A model generated the notes under the pieces. It searched no databases. It saw only the letters and a program-made list of their open reading frames with translations, and was not told the origin of the DNA. 64,000 bases of DNA from Macrostomum lignano (taxonomy: Eukaryota): NCBI GenBank assembly GCA_002269645.1, contig NIVC01003127.1, forward strand, positions 1 through 64,000. Reading direction: 5' to 3'. Shown here piece after piece: positions 13,641 through 26,493 of the stretch. The position numbers and the translations under genes were made by a program. The first letter of the stretch is position 1. Each line of letters begins with the position of its first letter.

Positions 13641-13725
13641 TATTTTTAGTCAACTCTACTGCAGTGGCTAAAATAGCTCAATTTATTGCATGTTTCAGCT
13701 TTTTCGCAAAAACGTAAGCTGCATC

Positions 13726-16700
13726 ATGCTACTGCCAGTAGTGCTAATTGGCTCAGCCGGAGTTCTGCTATTCGGCTATCTGTACCGGCTGACTAAACCG
13801 CAGCAGTCGGATCCGCCGTGTCCCGGCTCCGATCCCATCATTGGTAGTTTTCGTTACCTAGAACGACCTCTGTACCGATTCATGTCGGAGAGATTTGCTC
13901 GCGACCATCTTGTGCTGTTCTTTCTCGGCCCAACCAGGATGTACTATCTGAATAGTTATGCCGCTTTTCGAGAGGCTATGGTTGATAATGCCGAAGCTTT
14001 GAGCGGTCGGGTCACTCAGAAACCGATCGAACTTCTCATTGGTAGCAATGGGGGTGAGTGTCGTTTTTTTTGACAACACGACGGGGAGGCCGGAGGGGGC
14101 AGGAGGGTCACAAGGCCACAGCCAATCAGAATCGAGCATCGCTGCAAAGAGTAGTTTGGTAGAGACAAGCCAGAGCGCCGCAGCCAATCAGAATCGAGCA
14201 TCGCTGCAAAGAGTAGTTTGGTAGAAACAAGCCAGAGGGCCACAGCCAATCAGAATCGAGCATCGCTGCAAAGAGTAGTTTGGTAGAGACAAGCCAGAGG
14301 GCCACAGCCAATCAGAATCGAGCATCGCGATAACGGATAGTAGAGACAAGCCAGAGGGCCGCAGCCAATCAGAATCGAGCATCGCGATAACGGATAGTAG
14401 AGACAAGCCAGAGGGCCACAGCCAATCAGGATCGAGCATAGCACCCCACAATGCCCCGTAGGCCTGGTTGGCACAGACGGTGAGCTGTGGAAGCAGTACC
14501 GCCGGTTCACTCTGCACACTCTGCGCGATTTCGGACTCGGCCGGCGCGGCGCTGAGCACTGCATCTCGCTGGAGGCTGAGGAGCTGTGCTCCGAGATTGC
14601 CAACCGAGGCAGCAGCGAAGCCATTGACGTCAACCTGGTGCTTGGGCGCAGCGTCTCGAACGTCATCTGCCAGCTGGTGTTCGGCAGCCGGCTGGCCTCT
14701 GAGAATCCCGAGTTTGAGCGCATCCTGGACGCTTTCAACGAGTTCACGGCAAATCCGCGCTTTCAGGAGGAGAATTTCAAGGCGCTGGCGTTTTTGCCGA
14801 TCAGCAGCAGGTGCACGCCATTGATGAGGCTGCTGCTGAAGCTGCCCGGTATGCAGGGCATCATCAAGAAAATGAACTACCTGCTCGACTTCTGCCAGCA
14901 GCAGGTCTGAACTGTTGCTTTTTTGTGACAGCAATTGGCAGTTTCTGCTGCCGAAATTTGCAATGTCCTCCCAGATCCTCAGTTGCTGGGCCAGCCTCCC
15001 AGATCCTCAGTTGCTGGGCCACCGCCAGCCTCCCAGATCCTCAGTTGCTGGGCCAGCCTCCCAGATCCTCAGTTGCTGGGCCACCGCCAGCCTCCCAGAT
15101 CCTCAGTTGCTGAGCCACCGCCAGCCTCCCAGATCCTCAGTTGCTGGGCCACCGCCAGCCTCCCAGATCCTCAGTTGCTGGGCCAGCCTCCCAGATCCTC
15201 AGTTGCTGGGCCACCAGCCTCCCAGATCCTCAGTTGCTGAGCCACCGCCAGCCTCCCAGATCCTCAGTTGCTGAGCCACCGCCAGCCTCCCAGATCCTCA
15301 GTTGCTGGGCCACCAGCCTCCCAGATCCTCAGTTGCTGGGCCACCAGCCATCCAGATCCTCAGTTGCTGAGCCACCGCCAGCCTCCCAGATCCTCAGTTG
15401 CTGGGCCACCAGCCTCCCAGATCCTCAGTTGCTGGGCCACCAGCCTCCCAGATCCTCAGTTGCTGGGCCACCAGCCTCCCAGATCCTCAGTTGCTGGGCC
15501 ACCAGCCTCCCAGATCCTCAGTTGCTGGGCCACCAGCCTCCCAGATCCTCAGTTGCTGGGCCACCAGCCTCCCAGATCCTCAGTTGCTGGGCCACCAGCC
15601 TCCCAGATCCTCAGTTGCTGGGCCACCAGCCTCCCAGATCCTCAGTTGCTGGGCCACCAGCCTCCCAGATCCTCAGTTGCTGGGCCACCAGCCTCCCAGA
15701 TCCTCAGTTGCTGGGCCACCAGCCTCCCAGATCCTCGGATGCTGGGCCGCCGCGCACCTGTTTTCCAGCCAATAAATCACCATCATTTCCCAATCAACAA
15801 CCAGGTGGAAGCCCACGCTGCTGAAATGCCCGAGGCGGGATTCTCTGAAGCTCGCGACTACATCGAGGCGCACCTGAAGCACCAGCAGCTCAATCAGCAG
15901 ACTGACGACAACGGAGCTGGTAGGTGAAATGAATATTGATAAGTGATGGTTTCTGGTTCAGGTCCAGCTCCTTCAGGTTAAGGTTTTTTGTCTCGTGCTT
16001 GCCTTTCAGCTAATCTCATTCAGATCTCGTGACTTCATTCAGATACTTCAGGTGACTTCATTCAGATACTTCAGGTGGCTTCATTCAGATACTTCAGGTG
16101 GCTTCATTCAGATACTTCAGGTGGCTTCATTCAGATACTTGAGGTGACCTTATTCAGATACTTCAGGTGACCTTATTCAGATACTTCAGGTGGCTTCATT
16201 CAGATCCTACAGGTGACCTTATTCAGATACTTCAGGTGGCTTCATTCATATACTTCAGGTGGCTTCATTCAGATACTTCAGGTGGCTTCATTCAGATACT
16301 TCAGGTGCCCTTATTCAGATACTTTAGGTGACTTCATTCAGATCCTACAGGTGACCTTATTCAGATACTTCAGGTGACTTCATTCAGATACTTCAGGTGA
16401 CCTCATTCAGATACTTGAGGTGACCTTATTCAGATACTTCAGGTGACCTTATTCAGATACTTCAGGTGGCTTCATTCAGATCCTACAGGTGACCTTATTC
16501 AGATACTTCAGGTGGCTTCATTCATATACTTCAGGTGGCTTCATTCAGATACTTCAGGTGGCTTCATTCAGATACTTCAGGTGCCCTTATTCAGATACTT
16601 TAGGTGACTTCATTCAGATCCTACAGGTGACCTTATTCAGATACTTCAGGTGACTTCATTCAGATACTTCAGGTGACCTCATTCAGATACTTCAGGTGAC

Positions 16701-19700
16701 TTCATTCAGATACTTCAGGTGACTTCATTCAGATACTTCAGGTGACTTCATTCAGATCCTACAGGTGACCTTATTCAGATACTTCAGGTGGTTTCATTCA
16801 GATACTTGAGGTGACCTTATTCAGATACTTCAGGTGACTTCATTTAGATACTTGAGGTGACCTTATTCAGATACTTGAGGTGACCTTATTCAGATACTTC
16901 AGGTGACTTCATTCAGAAACTTCAGGTGACTTCATTCAGATACTTCAGGTGACTTCATTCAGATACTTGAGGTGAACTTATTCAGATACTTCAGGTGGCT
17001 TCATTCAGATACTTGAAGTGACCTTATTCAGATACTTCAGGTGGCTTCATTCAGATACTTCAGGTGACTTCATTCAGATACTTGAGGTGACCTTATTCAG
17101 ATACTTCAGGTGACTTCATTCAGATACTTGAGGTAACCTTATTCAGATACTTCAGGTGACTTCATTCAGATACTTCAGGTGACTTCATTCAGATACTTCA
17201 GGTGACTTCATTCAGATACTTGAGGTGACCTTATTCAGATACTTCAGGTGGCTTCATTCAGATACTTGAGGTGACCTTAGTCAGATACTTCAGGTGGCTT
17301 CATTCAGATACTTGAGGTGACCTTATTCAGATACTTCAGGTGGTTTCATTCAGATACTTGAGGTGACCTTATTCAGATACTTCAGGTGACTTCATTCAGA
17401 TACTTCAGGTGACTTCATTCAGATCCTACAGGTGACCTTATTCAGATACTTCAGGTGACTTCATTCAGATACTTGAGGTGACCTTATTCAGATACTTCAG
17501 GTGACTTCATTCAGATACTTCAGGTGACTTCATTCAGATACTTCAGGTGACTTCATTCAGATACTTCAGGTGACTTCATTCAGATACTTCAGGTGACTTC
17601 ATTCAGATACTTGAGGTGACCTTATTCAGATACTTCAGGTGACTTCATTCAGATACTTCAGGTGACCTCATTCAGATACTTCAGGTGACCTCATTCAGAT
17701 ACTTCAGGTGACCTTATTCAGATACTTCAAGTGACTTCATTCAGATCCTACAGGTGACCTTATTCAGATACTTCAGGTGACTTCATTCAGATACTTGAGG
17801 TGACCTTATTCAGATACTTCAGGTGGTTTCATTCAGATACTTGAGGTGACCTTATTCAGATACTTCAGGTGACTTCATTCAGATACTTGAGGTGACCTTA
17901 TTCAGATACTTCAGGTGGCTTCATTCAGATACTTGAAGTGACCTTATTCAGATACTTGAGGTGACCTTATTCAGATACTTCAGGTGACTTCATTCAGATA
18001 CTTCAGGTGACTTCATTCAGATACTTCAGGTGACTTCATTCAGATACTTCAGGTGACTTCATTAAGATACTTGAGGTGAACTTATTCAGATACTTCAGGT
18101 GGCTTCATTCAGATACTTGAAGTGACCTTATTCAGATACTTCAGGTGGCTTCATTCAGATACTTCAGGTGACTTCATTCAGATACTTGAGGTGACCTTAT
18201 TCAGATACTTCAGGTAACTTCATTCAGATACTTGAGGTGACCTTATTCAGATACTTGAGGTGACCTTATTCAGATACTTCAGGTGACTTCATTCAGATAC
18301 TTCAGGTGACTTCATTCAGATACTTCAGGTGACTTCATTCAGATACTTAAGGTGAACTTATTCAGATACTTCAGGTGGCTTCATTCAGATACTTCAGGTG
18401 ACTTCATTCAGATACTTGAGGTGACCTTATTCAGATATTTCAGGTGACTTCATTCAGATACTTCAGGTGACTTCATTCAGATACTTCAGGTGACTTCATT
18501 CAGATACTTAAGGTGAACTTATTCAGATACTTCAGGTGGCTTCATTCAGATACTTCAGGTGACTTCATTCAGATACTTGAGGTGACCTTATTCAGATACT
18601 TCAGGTGGCTTCATTCAGATACTTGAGGTGACCTTATTCAGATACTTCAGGTGACTTCATTCAGATACTTGAAGTGACCTTATTCAGATACTTCAGGTGG
18701 CTTCATTCAGATCCTACAGGTGACCTTATTCAGATACTTCAGGTGGCTTCATTCAGATCCTACAGGTGACCTTATGCAGGTACTTTGGGTGGCTTCATTC
18801 AGATCCTACAGGTGACCTTATTCAGGTAACTTCATTCAGATACTTACTTCAGGTGACTTCACTGAGGTACTTCAGGTGACTTCACTGAGGTACTTCAGGT
18901 GACTTCAGTGAGGTACTTTAGGTGACTTCAGTGAGGTACTTCAGGTGACTTCACTGAGGTACTTTAGGTGACTTCACTGAGGTACTTCAGGTGACTTCAT
19001 TCAGATCCTTCAGGTACAAAGCTAGTCTCATTTAGGCCCTTCAGGTGGCCCACATTCAGATCCGCGAGTACGCCCTATCCCGCAGACCTGTTCACCAACA
19101 AGCGACTTGGCATGGCCATCCTTGACCTGTTTCTAGCTGGCACAGAGACAACAACCACTACCCTGCGCTGGGCGCTAATCTACATGCTGGCTAACCCCAG
19201 AGTTGCCAGTAAGGTTAGAGAGGAGATCAGACAACACCTGGGTGTCCAGGGCCGCGTGTGCATGGCTGACAAGGCCAAGCTGCACTATACAATGGCTACT
19301 CTGGAAGAGGTTCAACGATTGGCTAGCCTGGTTACTAACGGCTTAACTCACCGGGTTACTGCCGACATTCAAGTTGCCGGGTATAAGATTCCAGCTGATA
19401 GCTATATGATGTACAATATGTACTATATTCACCGCGACCCGGACCAGTTCCCCGAGCCCGACTGCTTTAAACCGGAGCGCTATCTGGACTCTGAAGGCCG
19501 GTTCCAGGTGAGATTATCGATGGTCGGAGTGAGATTGGATATTGGTAAGGTGAGAATAGATTTTCGACGTGAGATTATATATTGGTGAGGTGAGATTAGA
19601 TTTTCAAAGTAAGATTGGATATTGGTGAGGTGAGATTAGATTTTTGATGTGAGATTGGATATTGGTGAGGTGAGATTAGATTTTCAATGTAAGATTGGAT

Positions 19701-20621
19701 ATTGGTGTGGTGAGATTAGATTTTCGATGTAAGATTGGATATTGGTGAGGTGAGATTAGATATTGGTCGGAAGAGAATAGATATTGATGAGGTGAGATTA
19801 AATGTTTGTGGGGTGGGATTAGATGTTAGTGGGGTGGGATTAGACTTATTGGGGTGGGATTAGATGTTAGTGGGTGGGATTAGATGTTAGTGGGTGGGAT
19901 TAGACTTAGTGGGGTGGGATTAGATGTTAGTGGGGTGGGATTAGATGTTAGTGGGGTGGGATTACAGTAGATGTTAGTGAGGTGGGATTGTATTTAGATG
20001 TTAGTGGGGTAAGATTAGATATTGGTGAGATAAGATGAGAATTTTTGGGGTGAGATTAGATTAGAATTTTTGGGTGAAATTAGATATTGGTGGGGTGAGA
20101 TTATACACTGGTGGTCTGAACTTAAATTCAAATATTATTGAGGTGAGACTTCAGTGCAGTGAGATAAGGAATAAATTGAGATAAGATATACGAATAAGGT
20201 AAAACTAGATATAAGTGAAGAAAGTTAAAATGCGAAGTAGCTTAGATAACAGTGAGTAAACTCTGCATTTCCGCGACATGTACTACCCAGAGAACACTAC
20301 TAGCAGTAGAAATGCAAGCATTTCACCAATTAAAATCTCCCATACCGGCAGGCCAGCCAGCGCCTGATCCAATTCGGGGCGGGCAAGCGGGCCTGCCTTG
20401 GCGAGAGTCTGGCTCGCATGGAGCTTTTCATCTTTTTCGTCAGCCTGATGCAACGCTTCGACTTCCGGTTGGAGACCGACGACTGCTCCGCTTCCGGCGG
20501 CGGCAAGATTGTTGACCAGGCGACTCGAGCTCAGGCCCTGCTGGACTACGTGGATCCTGAGCACCTGCTTGTGCTTATCCGGCATCTGCCCAGCTATAAG
20601 CTGGAGTTTACTGAGCTGTAA
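13726..20621 (+). CDS. Cytochrome P450, CYP2 clan, 5 exons, ~525 aa
   Basis: Exons 13726-14053, 14462-14904, 15805-15919, 19086-19507 and 20352-20621 join in frame (1578 nt). N-terminal anchor [20 protein letters not shown]-helix [15 protein letters not shown]-helix AGTETT, EVQR (ExxR), PERY, heme motif [10 protein letters not shown]. Confidence 0.93.
14115..14440 (+). repeat. Minisatellite, 57-62-bp unit with cagccaatcaga, in CYP intron 1
   Basis: gccaat recurs at 14121 and 14183 (period 62); about 5 units. Confidence 0.93.
14960..15740 (+). repeat. Minisatellite, 28-34-bp unit (ccagcctcccagatcctcagttgctgggcca), in CYP intron 2
   Basis: About 25 tandem units. Confidence 0.96.
16030..19010 (+). 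repeat. Minisatellite, 23-bp unit (ttcattcagatacttcaggtgac), ~3 kb, in CYP intron 3
   Basis: About 130 units with a few recurring variants. Confidence 0.97.
19510..20100 (+). repeat. Degenerate 40-bp and 20-bp minisatellites (ggtgagattagat core) in CYP intron 4
   Basis: Tandem ggtgaggtgagattagatt...gtaagattggatatt units, then gggtgggattagatgttagt units. Confidence 0.88.
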
Positions 20622-20819
20622 GGGTTGGACTGCACTGGAGAATACTTGGGGATTGATGAGGCTTTTAACTGGATTAGCTGAGATTGCGAGAATCATCCCA
20701 TGGGGTTGTGATGAGAGAGAGACAGAGAGATAGTGAGAGAGAGAGAGAGAGATTCCCAATATCATGTATAGGGGGTGAAAGATCTCTCACAAGATTAGGA
20801 ATTAATCTCATGCTATTGG

Positions 20820-21140
20820 GAAAAGATATCTCATGAGATTGGGAAAAGATATCTCATGAGGTTGGGAAAAGATATCTCATGAGGTTGGGAGAAGAGATCT
20901 CATGAGATTGGGAAAAGATATCTCATGAGGTTGGGAAAAGATATCTCATGAGGTTGGGAGAAGAGATCTCATGAGATTGAGAGAAGAGATCTCATGAGAT
21001 TGAGAGAAGAGATCTCATGAGATTGGGAGAAGATATCTGATGAGATTGGGAAAAGAGATCTCATGAGGTTAGGAAAAGATATCTCATGAGATTTGGAGAA
21101 GAGATATCATGAGATATGGAGAAGAGATCTCATGAGAATA
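20820..21140 (+). repeat. Minisatellite, 23-bp unit (gagattgggaaaagatatctcat), 3' of the CYP gene
   Basis: About 14 tandem units. Confidence 0.92.
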
Positions 21141-22413
21141 ATAGATCTCATATGAGATCAGACGTCCGGGAAGTCAGATCAGAGATCTCATTTATGATCA
21201 GAATGTAGATCTTATAAGATACAGGCGCCATATCTTTTTCAAGCATCTTCCAATCAAATTTTTGAAAAATTAAAAAACTTCTACGTAAATGCGCACTCTT
21301 GCTAGATGTCAGAAATAATTTTTATTTTTTTCACGATTGAATTTTTATCTACATACGTCATTTTCCTTCCAGTTTGATTGATATTAAATTTTTTTGACAA
21401 GTTTTATTACAATATTAATTATGATTATACCAACTGACACTTTCTCTATATTTGGAAATTAAAATAATGCAAAAACATGCATAACTAAACTGTAATAAAG
21501 TACTTCCAGATTTTTATGAAATATTTTCAACTGTCTTACTGTTTGTATTGAAATTTTCTGCTAACGTTTTGACTTGAATAAACAGAAAAAAATAGTTTTT
21601 GAAACTTATTTTACATCTGATAATTTTTTTAAATAAATAGTTTATTAAAAATGAAATAATTACATTTTCAGTGACAATAAGCAAACTTTATATATCGGTG
21701 TATTCTTAAGTTAATGCAAAAATACAATTTTGATGATTAAGTGAATCCAGTTGAATAATACAAATTAATAGATAGGTATGCAAATATACTACTTGTACAT
21801 GCGCGTAAAATGATGTGAAAATGCTTTGCATATCATAGTGTAGGCGGTATAGTGAGGACGCACTGATATAGTAATATAGCTCCATATTTGGGCTTACATG
21901 CACTGAATTTAATCCAAGAAATGTTTGCCAATGGTAGATTGTGTATGTGGTTTTGGAGATAAACGACCATTATTCACATTTGTGTAACAAAGATGATAAA
22001 ATAGATTCATAAAACCCAAGATTCGAGCTGTGCCCTGCATTTTTATGATTTTATGTACGTGGGAATGTACGTAGAATAAAAAATTAACATAGAAATCCCA
22101 ATTTTCTGAACGAAAAACTTTGTGAATATCGATAGAGCTATCAAAAAGGCTCAACATATCAAAAGATGAACACTGGGTCTGCCTCCCTCAAATCGTATAT
22201 TTTTTCGAAAAAACCGGCCTAAAATTTTCCAAGAAACGAGGTTTCCAGTCCTTCTACTGGAGTAGTCCTTGCTAAATTAGAAAAAAATGCCACTTGATTA
22301 ATTTTGGATTAAATTCAATGCCTGTTCAGCCCAAATGGATGCATCCAAATGGGAAAATTTCTGATCAAACGGTGCAAATAAGTTTCATGAAAATCGGTTC
22401 ACTTGTTTGTCGT

Positions 22414-22689
22414 TCAAGTCGAACCGGACGGTGCTTCATCACTCTGCTGTTGATTCACCGGGCTGTTTGCTTCAGTCATACTACTGCTGTCGGGCTTGAC
22501 GTCAGTAGTAGTGTTCATATTATCATCATTATTCTGACTCCGATTTGTGTTGGCAGCCAGCAGCTCCTTGATCCTGCGGTCCCTGTCCAGACCGAAGCTG
22601 GCCAAAGCCGCCAAGTCTCTGTCAATTGCTGCTTCGTCGTAGTAGAAATTCGACGAGCTGTCCTGTTGATCGCCAATTGTTGCAGACAT
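22414..22689 (-). CDS. Putative small orphan protein (91 aa) or first coding exon
   Basis: AAAATG start context, upstream acceptor-like tttactcgcatgtag, GC-richer than its flanks, protein-like composition. No family recognised. Confidence 0.35.
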   Translation of the reverse strand: MSATIGDQQDSSSNFYYDEAAIDRDLAALASFGLDRDRRIKELLAANTNRSQNNDDNMNTTTDVKPDSSSMTEANSPVNQQQSDEAPSGST

Positions 22690-23358
22690 TTTGTTTGCGA
22701 AAAACGTACGGAGACGATCGATTCGAATTTATGTTGCTACATGCGAGTAAAGAGTGAGATCGATATGCTTGCTGTACGCGACTAAGCGCCTTCTGCATAT
22801 TTAAGTAAGGGCAGCTTGCTATTAGTGTGATAACAGACAGCTAGTAGGCTAGGTGAGAGAGGGGTGAGAGAGAGAGATGAGGGGAGCACCCGTCTCCTAG
22901 GAGACAGCAAATATACAGAGCTGTGGCCTGTCTGTCTGTCTCTCTCTCCTGCAGTATTGCACAGTTATATTGTATCTAGCAATGCTTGTACAGCTAAAAG
23001 ATTGTGCGAGTGTGCTGCAAAGCTAAAACTCCATAAACCCTTTCTACCTATTTACACACTACTAACTCAACACTGTACAGTGTCTGTTGTTGAGCTTTCG
23101 TGAAGCTTAAAGCGCCGGATTTTTTTTACAAAACTATAACCACATGTAACTACTCGAAGTAAGTAGTTAGTGTTCTGTTCTCCGGAGTTAAGGATCTCCG
23201 GCCCGGAAATATTACGCGATTTTACAATCGCCCGCACAGACATCAGAAACCATGGCATAAGATAAGGTTGGAGATCGCCGCCATGCTAGACTCTCCTCGA
23301 GTATTGTTATCTTAGAAAATATCTAGATAAAAGCTATACTAAATTTCTCTGATATTAA

Positions 23359-25793
23359 CAGAACTACCAAGAGGGGGGCCCTGACAATTTTTTGCTGCGC
23401 CGGAATGGAGCAACGCAGGCACACGAAATTCAAGAACACGGGCCAACTTCTTGTTGCGCATCTTCTCAAACAAGAATCGAGTCGCCAGCCCTCCGGACCG
23501 TCGAGATATTTGACGATTCTGCCAGAAGGTCGATTTTTCCCATAAGCGCCAGTGTATTCAGTACACCCCTGTGCGCCAATCAGCACTGCGCCTCGTGCAG
23601 CCTTGCCAAGTCTCCAAATTTCATCAGCACGTCGACCACATGTGTCTGCATCAGCTCTGACTTTGTTGGTCACTTCTCCCAGACGGAGCTTCTAGACCTT
23701 CAACAGGTGGCACCAAGTGACTAATGGACACTCTGATACGAAGTTCTTGAGTTTCGTTGATCAAGCCTCAACAGTGGGCAAACCTCAACTACTAGGTGTC
23801 CTCAGCTAGTCTCTCGAGCATTCCGTCATCACACCGACACCGTCGGCACCTTCAACGGATTACACCAGGTGACTTTGGACATCCTGTTGCAGCTATGTCA
23901 GATTTTTTTATTAAGCTTCAATAATGGGCAAAACTCAACAGCTGGACATCCTCAGCTAGTCTTTCGAACCTTCCGTTATCACCCGGACGCCGTCGGCACC
24001 TTCAACAGATTACACCAGGTGACTATGAACACCCTGATACGAATTTCTCTAGTTTCGCTGATCAAACCTTTACAGTGGGCAAGCCTCAACTGCTAGATAT
24101 CCTCAGCTGCTCTCTCGAGCATTTAGTCATCACCCCGACCTGTCGGCATCTTCAACAGATGATACCAGGTGACTATGCTCACCTGATGCGAATTTCTCGA
24201 GTTTCGCCGATCAAGCCTCGACAGTTAGTCGAGCAAGCCTCAAGTTTTGGGCACCCTCAGCTAGTCTCTCTAGCATTCCGTCACCACTCCAACACCGTCG
24301 GCACCTTCAACAGGTGGCATCAGATGACTATGGACATCCTTTTGCACCTATGTCAGGTTTTTGTTATCAAGCTTCAATAATGGACAATCTGTAACTCCTG
24401 GTTATTCTCAGCTAGAGTCCCAAACAGTCTATAATCACCCAACGTGATTAAGTAAACATGAGGTAATTTGTTAGTTAAACTAAATTGAACCGAATATTCA
24501 CGAACAGAAGAAAGCACTAAAAATTACCAAACTTTCAGTGTGGAATGAAGATCAAGTCACAATATATTAAATATCAAAGTCTTCTGTCTTAAAAGTTACT
24601 ATTTTTTTAAAAATTAAAAAAATCATACTTCTGGGTGTCCATGGTCATGGTTTCGTCCCCCTTGAAGGTGCCGACGGCGTCCGGGTGATAACGGGAGGTT
24701 CGAAAGACTAGCTGAGGATGTCCAGCTGTTGAGTTTTGCCCATTATTGAATCGTGATCAGAAAACAAGACAAAGTTGCAAAAGGATGTCCATAGTCACCT
24801 CTTGCCACCTGTTGAAGGTGCCGACGGCGTCGGGGTGATGACTAGCTGAGAATGTCCGACAGTTGAGGTTTGCAAATTATTGAAGCTTGATAAGAAAAAT
24901 CTGGCATATTTGCATCAAAGTGTCCATAGTAAGTTGGTGTAATCCGTTGAAGGTGCTGACGGCGTCCTGGTGATGATGGAAGGCTTGAGAGACTAGCTGA
25001 GGACACCTAGTAGTTGAGGTTTGCCCACTGTTGAGGCTTGATCAGCGAAACTCAAGAACTTCGTATCAGAGTGTCCATAGTCACTTGGTGTAATCTGTTG
25101 AAGGTGCCGACGGCGTCCGGGTGATAACGGAAGGTTCGAAAGACTAGCTGAGGATGTCCAGCTGTTGAGTTTTGCCCATTATTGAAGCTTAATAAAAAAA
25201 TCTGACATAGCTGCAACAGGATGTCCAAAGTCACCTGGTGTAATCCGTTGAAGGTGCTGACGGCGTCCGGGTGATGATGGAAGGCTTGAGAGACTAGCTG
25301 AGGACACCTAGTAGTTGAGGTTTGCCCACTGTTGAGGCTTGATCAGCGAAACTCAAGAACTTCGTATCAGAGTGTCCATAGTCACTTGGTGCCACCTGTT
25401 GAAGGTCTAGAAGCTCCGTCTGGAAGAAGTGACCAACAAAGTCAGAGCTGATGCAGACACATGTGGTCGACGTGCTGATGAAATTTGGAGACTTGGCAAG
25501 GCTGCACTGAGGCGCAGTGCTGATTGGCGCACAGGGGTGTACTGAATACACTGGCGCTTATGGGAAAAATCGACCTTCTAGCAGAATCGTCAAATATCTC
25601 GACGGTCTGAAGGGCTGGCGACTCGATTCTTGTTTGAGAAGGTGCGCAACAAGAAGTTGGCCCGTGTTCTTGAATTTCGTGTGCCTGCGTTGCTCCGTTC
25701 CGGCGCAGCAAAAAAATTGTCAGAGGGGGGGGGGGGAATTTCCCCCCCTCTTGGTAGTTCGAGGGGCGGAAAAATGGCTTGGTATTCCTACTG
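23359..25793. mobile_element. Foldback-like DNA element: ~1.1-kb inverted arms with 150-bp subrepeats, TTAA flanks
   Basis: 23359-~24450 is the reverse complement of ~24650-25793. TTAA lies at 23355-58 and 25794-97, each followed inward by CAG. The subrepeat anchor cttcaac recurs at 23850, 24000 and 24150. Confidence 0.75.
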
Positions 25794-26493
25794 TTAAAAG
25801 ACCAGCATGTGAGCATGCAGCCTAGCTCGCGCAACTCTTTCTATGAGTTTATTCATCTAGTTCATACGGCCCGTTCACACAGCCATCAATCAAGTGGGGC
25901 TAAATTTAGGCTTGGTTTAGACTTGTTTTTCGGCTTTTATACACACTATACTCGTATGTCAAATGATTTGATTGCGTAATTTGACGGCGGAAGGAATGAG
26001 CCATTGAGCGCGACAAGTTTTCCCTGATACGCCTCTTCAAATTGCTTTTCTGCGAAGTTTGCGATCTACAGAGAAAACTACTTCCTCATTTGGAAAATAC
26101 CTTGAAATGGAAAAATTATATTACTGACGTTGTAAAGTGGTTACGAAAAGGACCCATAACCGTTTGTAGGCTCCGAAGTCCGAAGGAGATCTTACACCCT
26201 TTAAGGTCTCTGGTGGAAGATCCCAGCCCGTTTCTGGAGGTTCTAAACCGCAACAACGGGTCGCGCTTGAACAAGACCTGAAGAAGCTACATGTACATAC
26301 GTACTCTCTTTAACCTGTCTCTGTCATGTCATCAATCAATCGCCATCAAATTACCTCTATAGCTTCACTTCCTCCTCAACCAATCGCCTAGAGCTTCTCT
26401 GACTGGGAAATAGAAAAAAGTGTACAAGTGTTCCCTTAAAAAGCCATTCCAGCTCCAAGAAAAAACATGAACTCAAGAAGAGCCTATGAAATC

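Noticed and set aside
13690-13725. Upstream ATG as the CYP start
   Set aside because: It overlaps an acceptor-like tttcag, and the hydrophobic signal anchor starts at the ATG at 13726.
14811-15927. [17 protein letters not shown] ORFs (also 35467-36365)
   Set aside because: Frames of the intronic 28-34-bp minisatellite; only the spliced exon parts are coding.
23323-25834. ORFs within the foldback arms as a repeat protein or transposase
   Set aside because: Stops recur in the subrepeat frames, the apparent third-position changes are mostly CpG transitions, and no DDE motif is recognisable.
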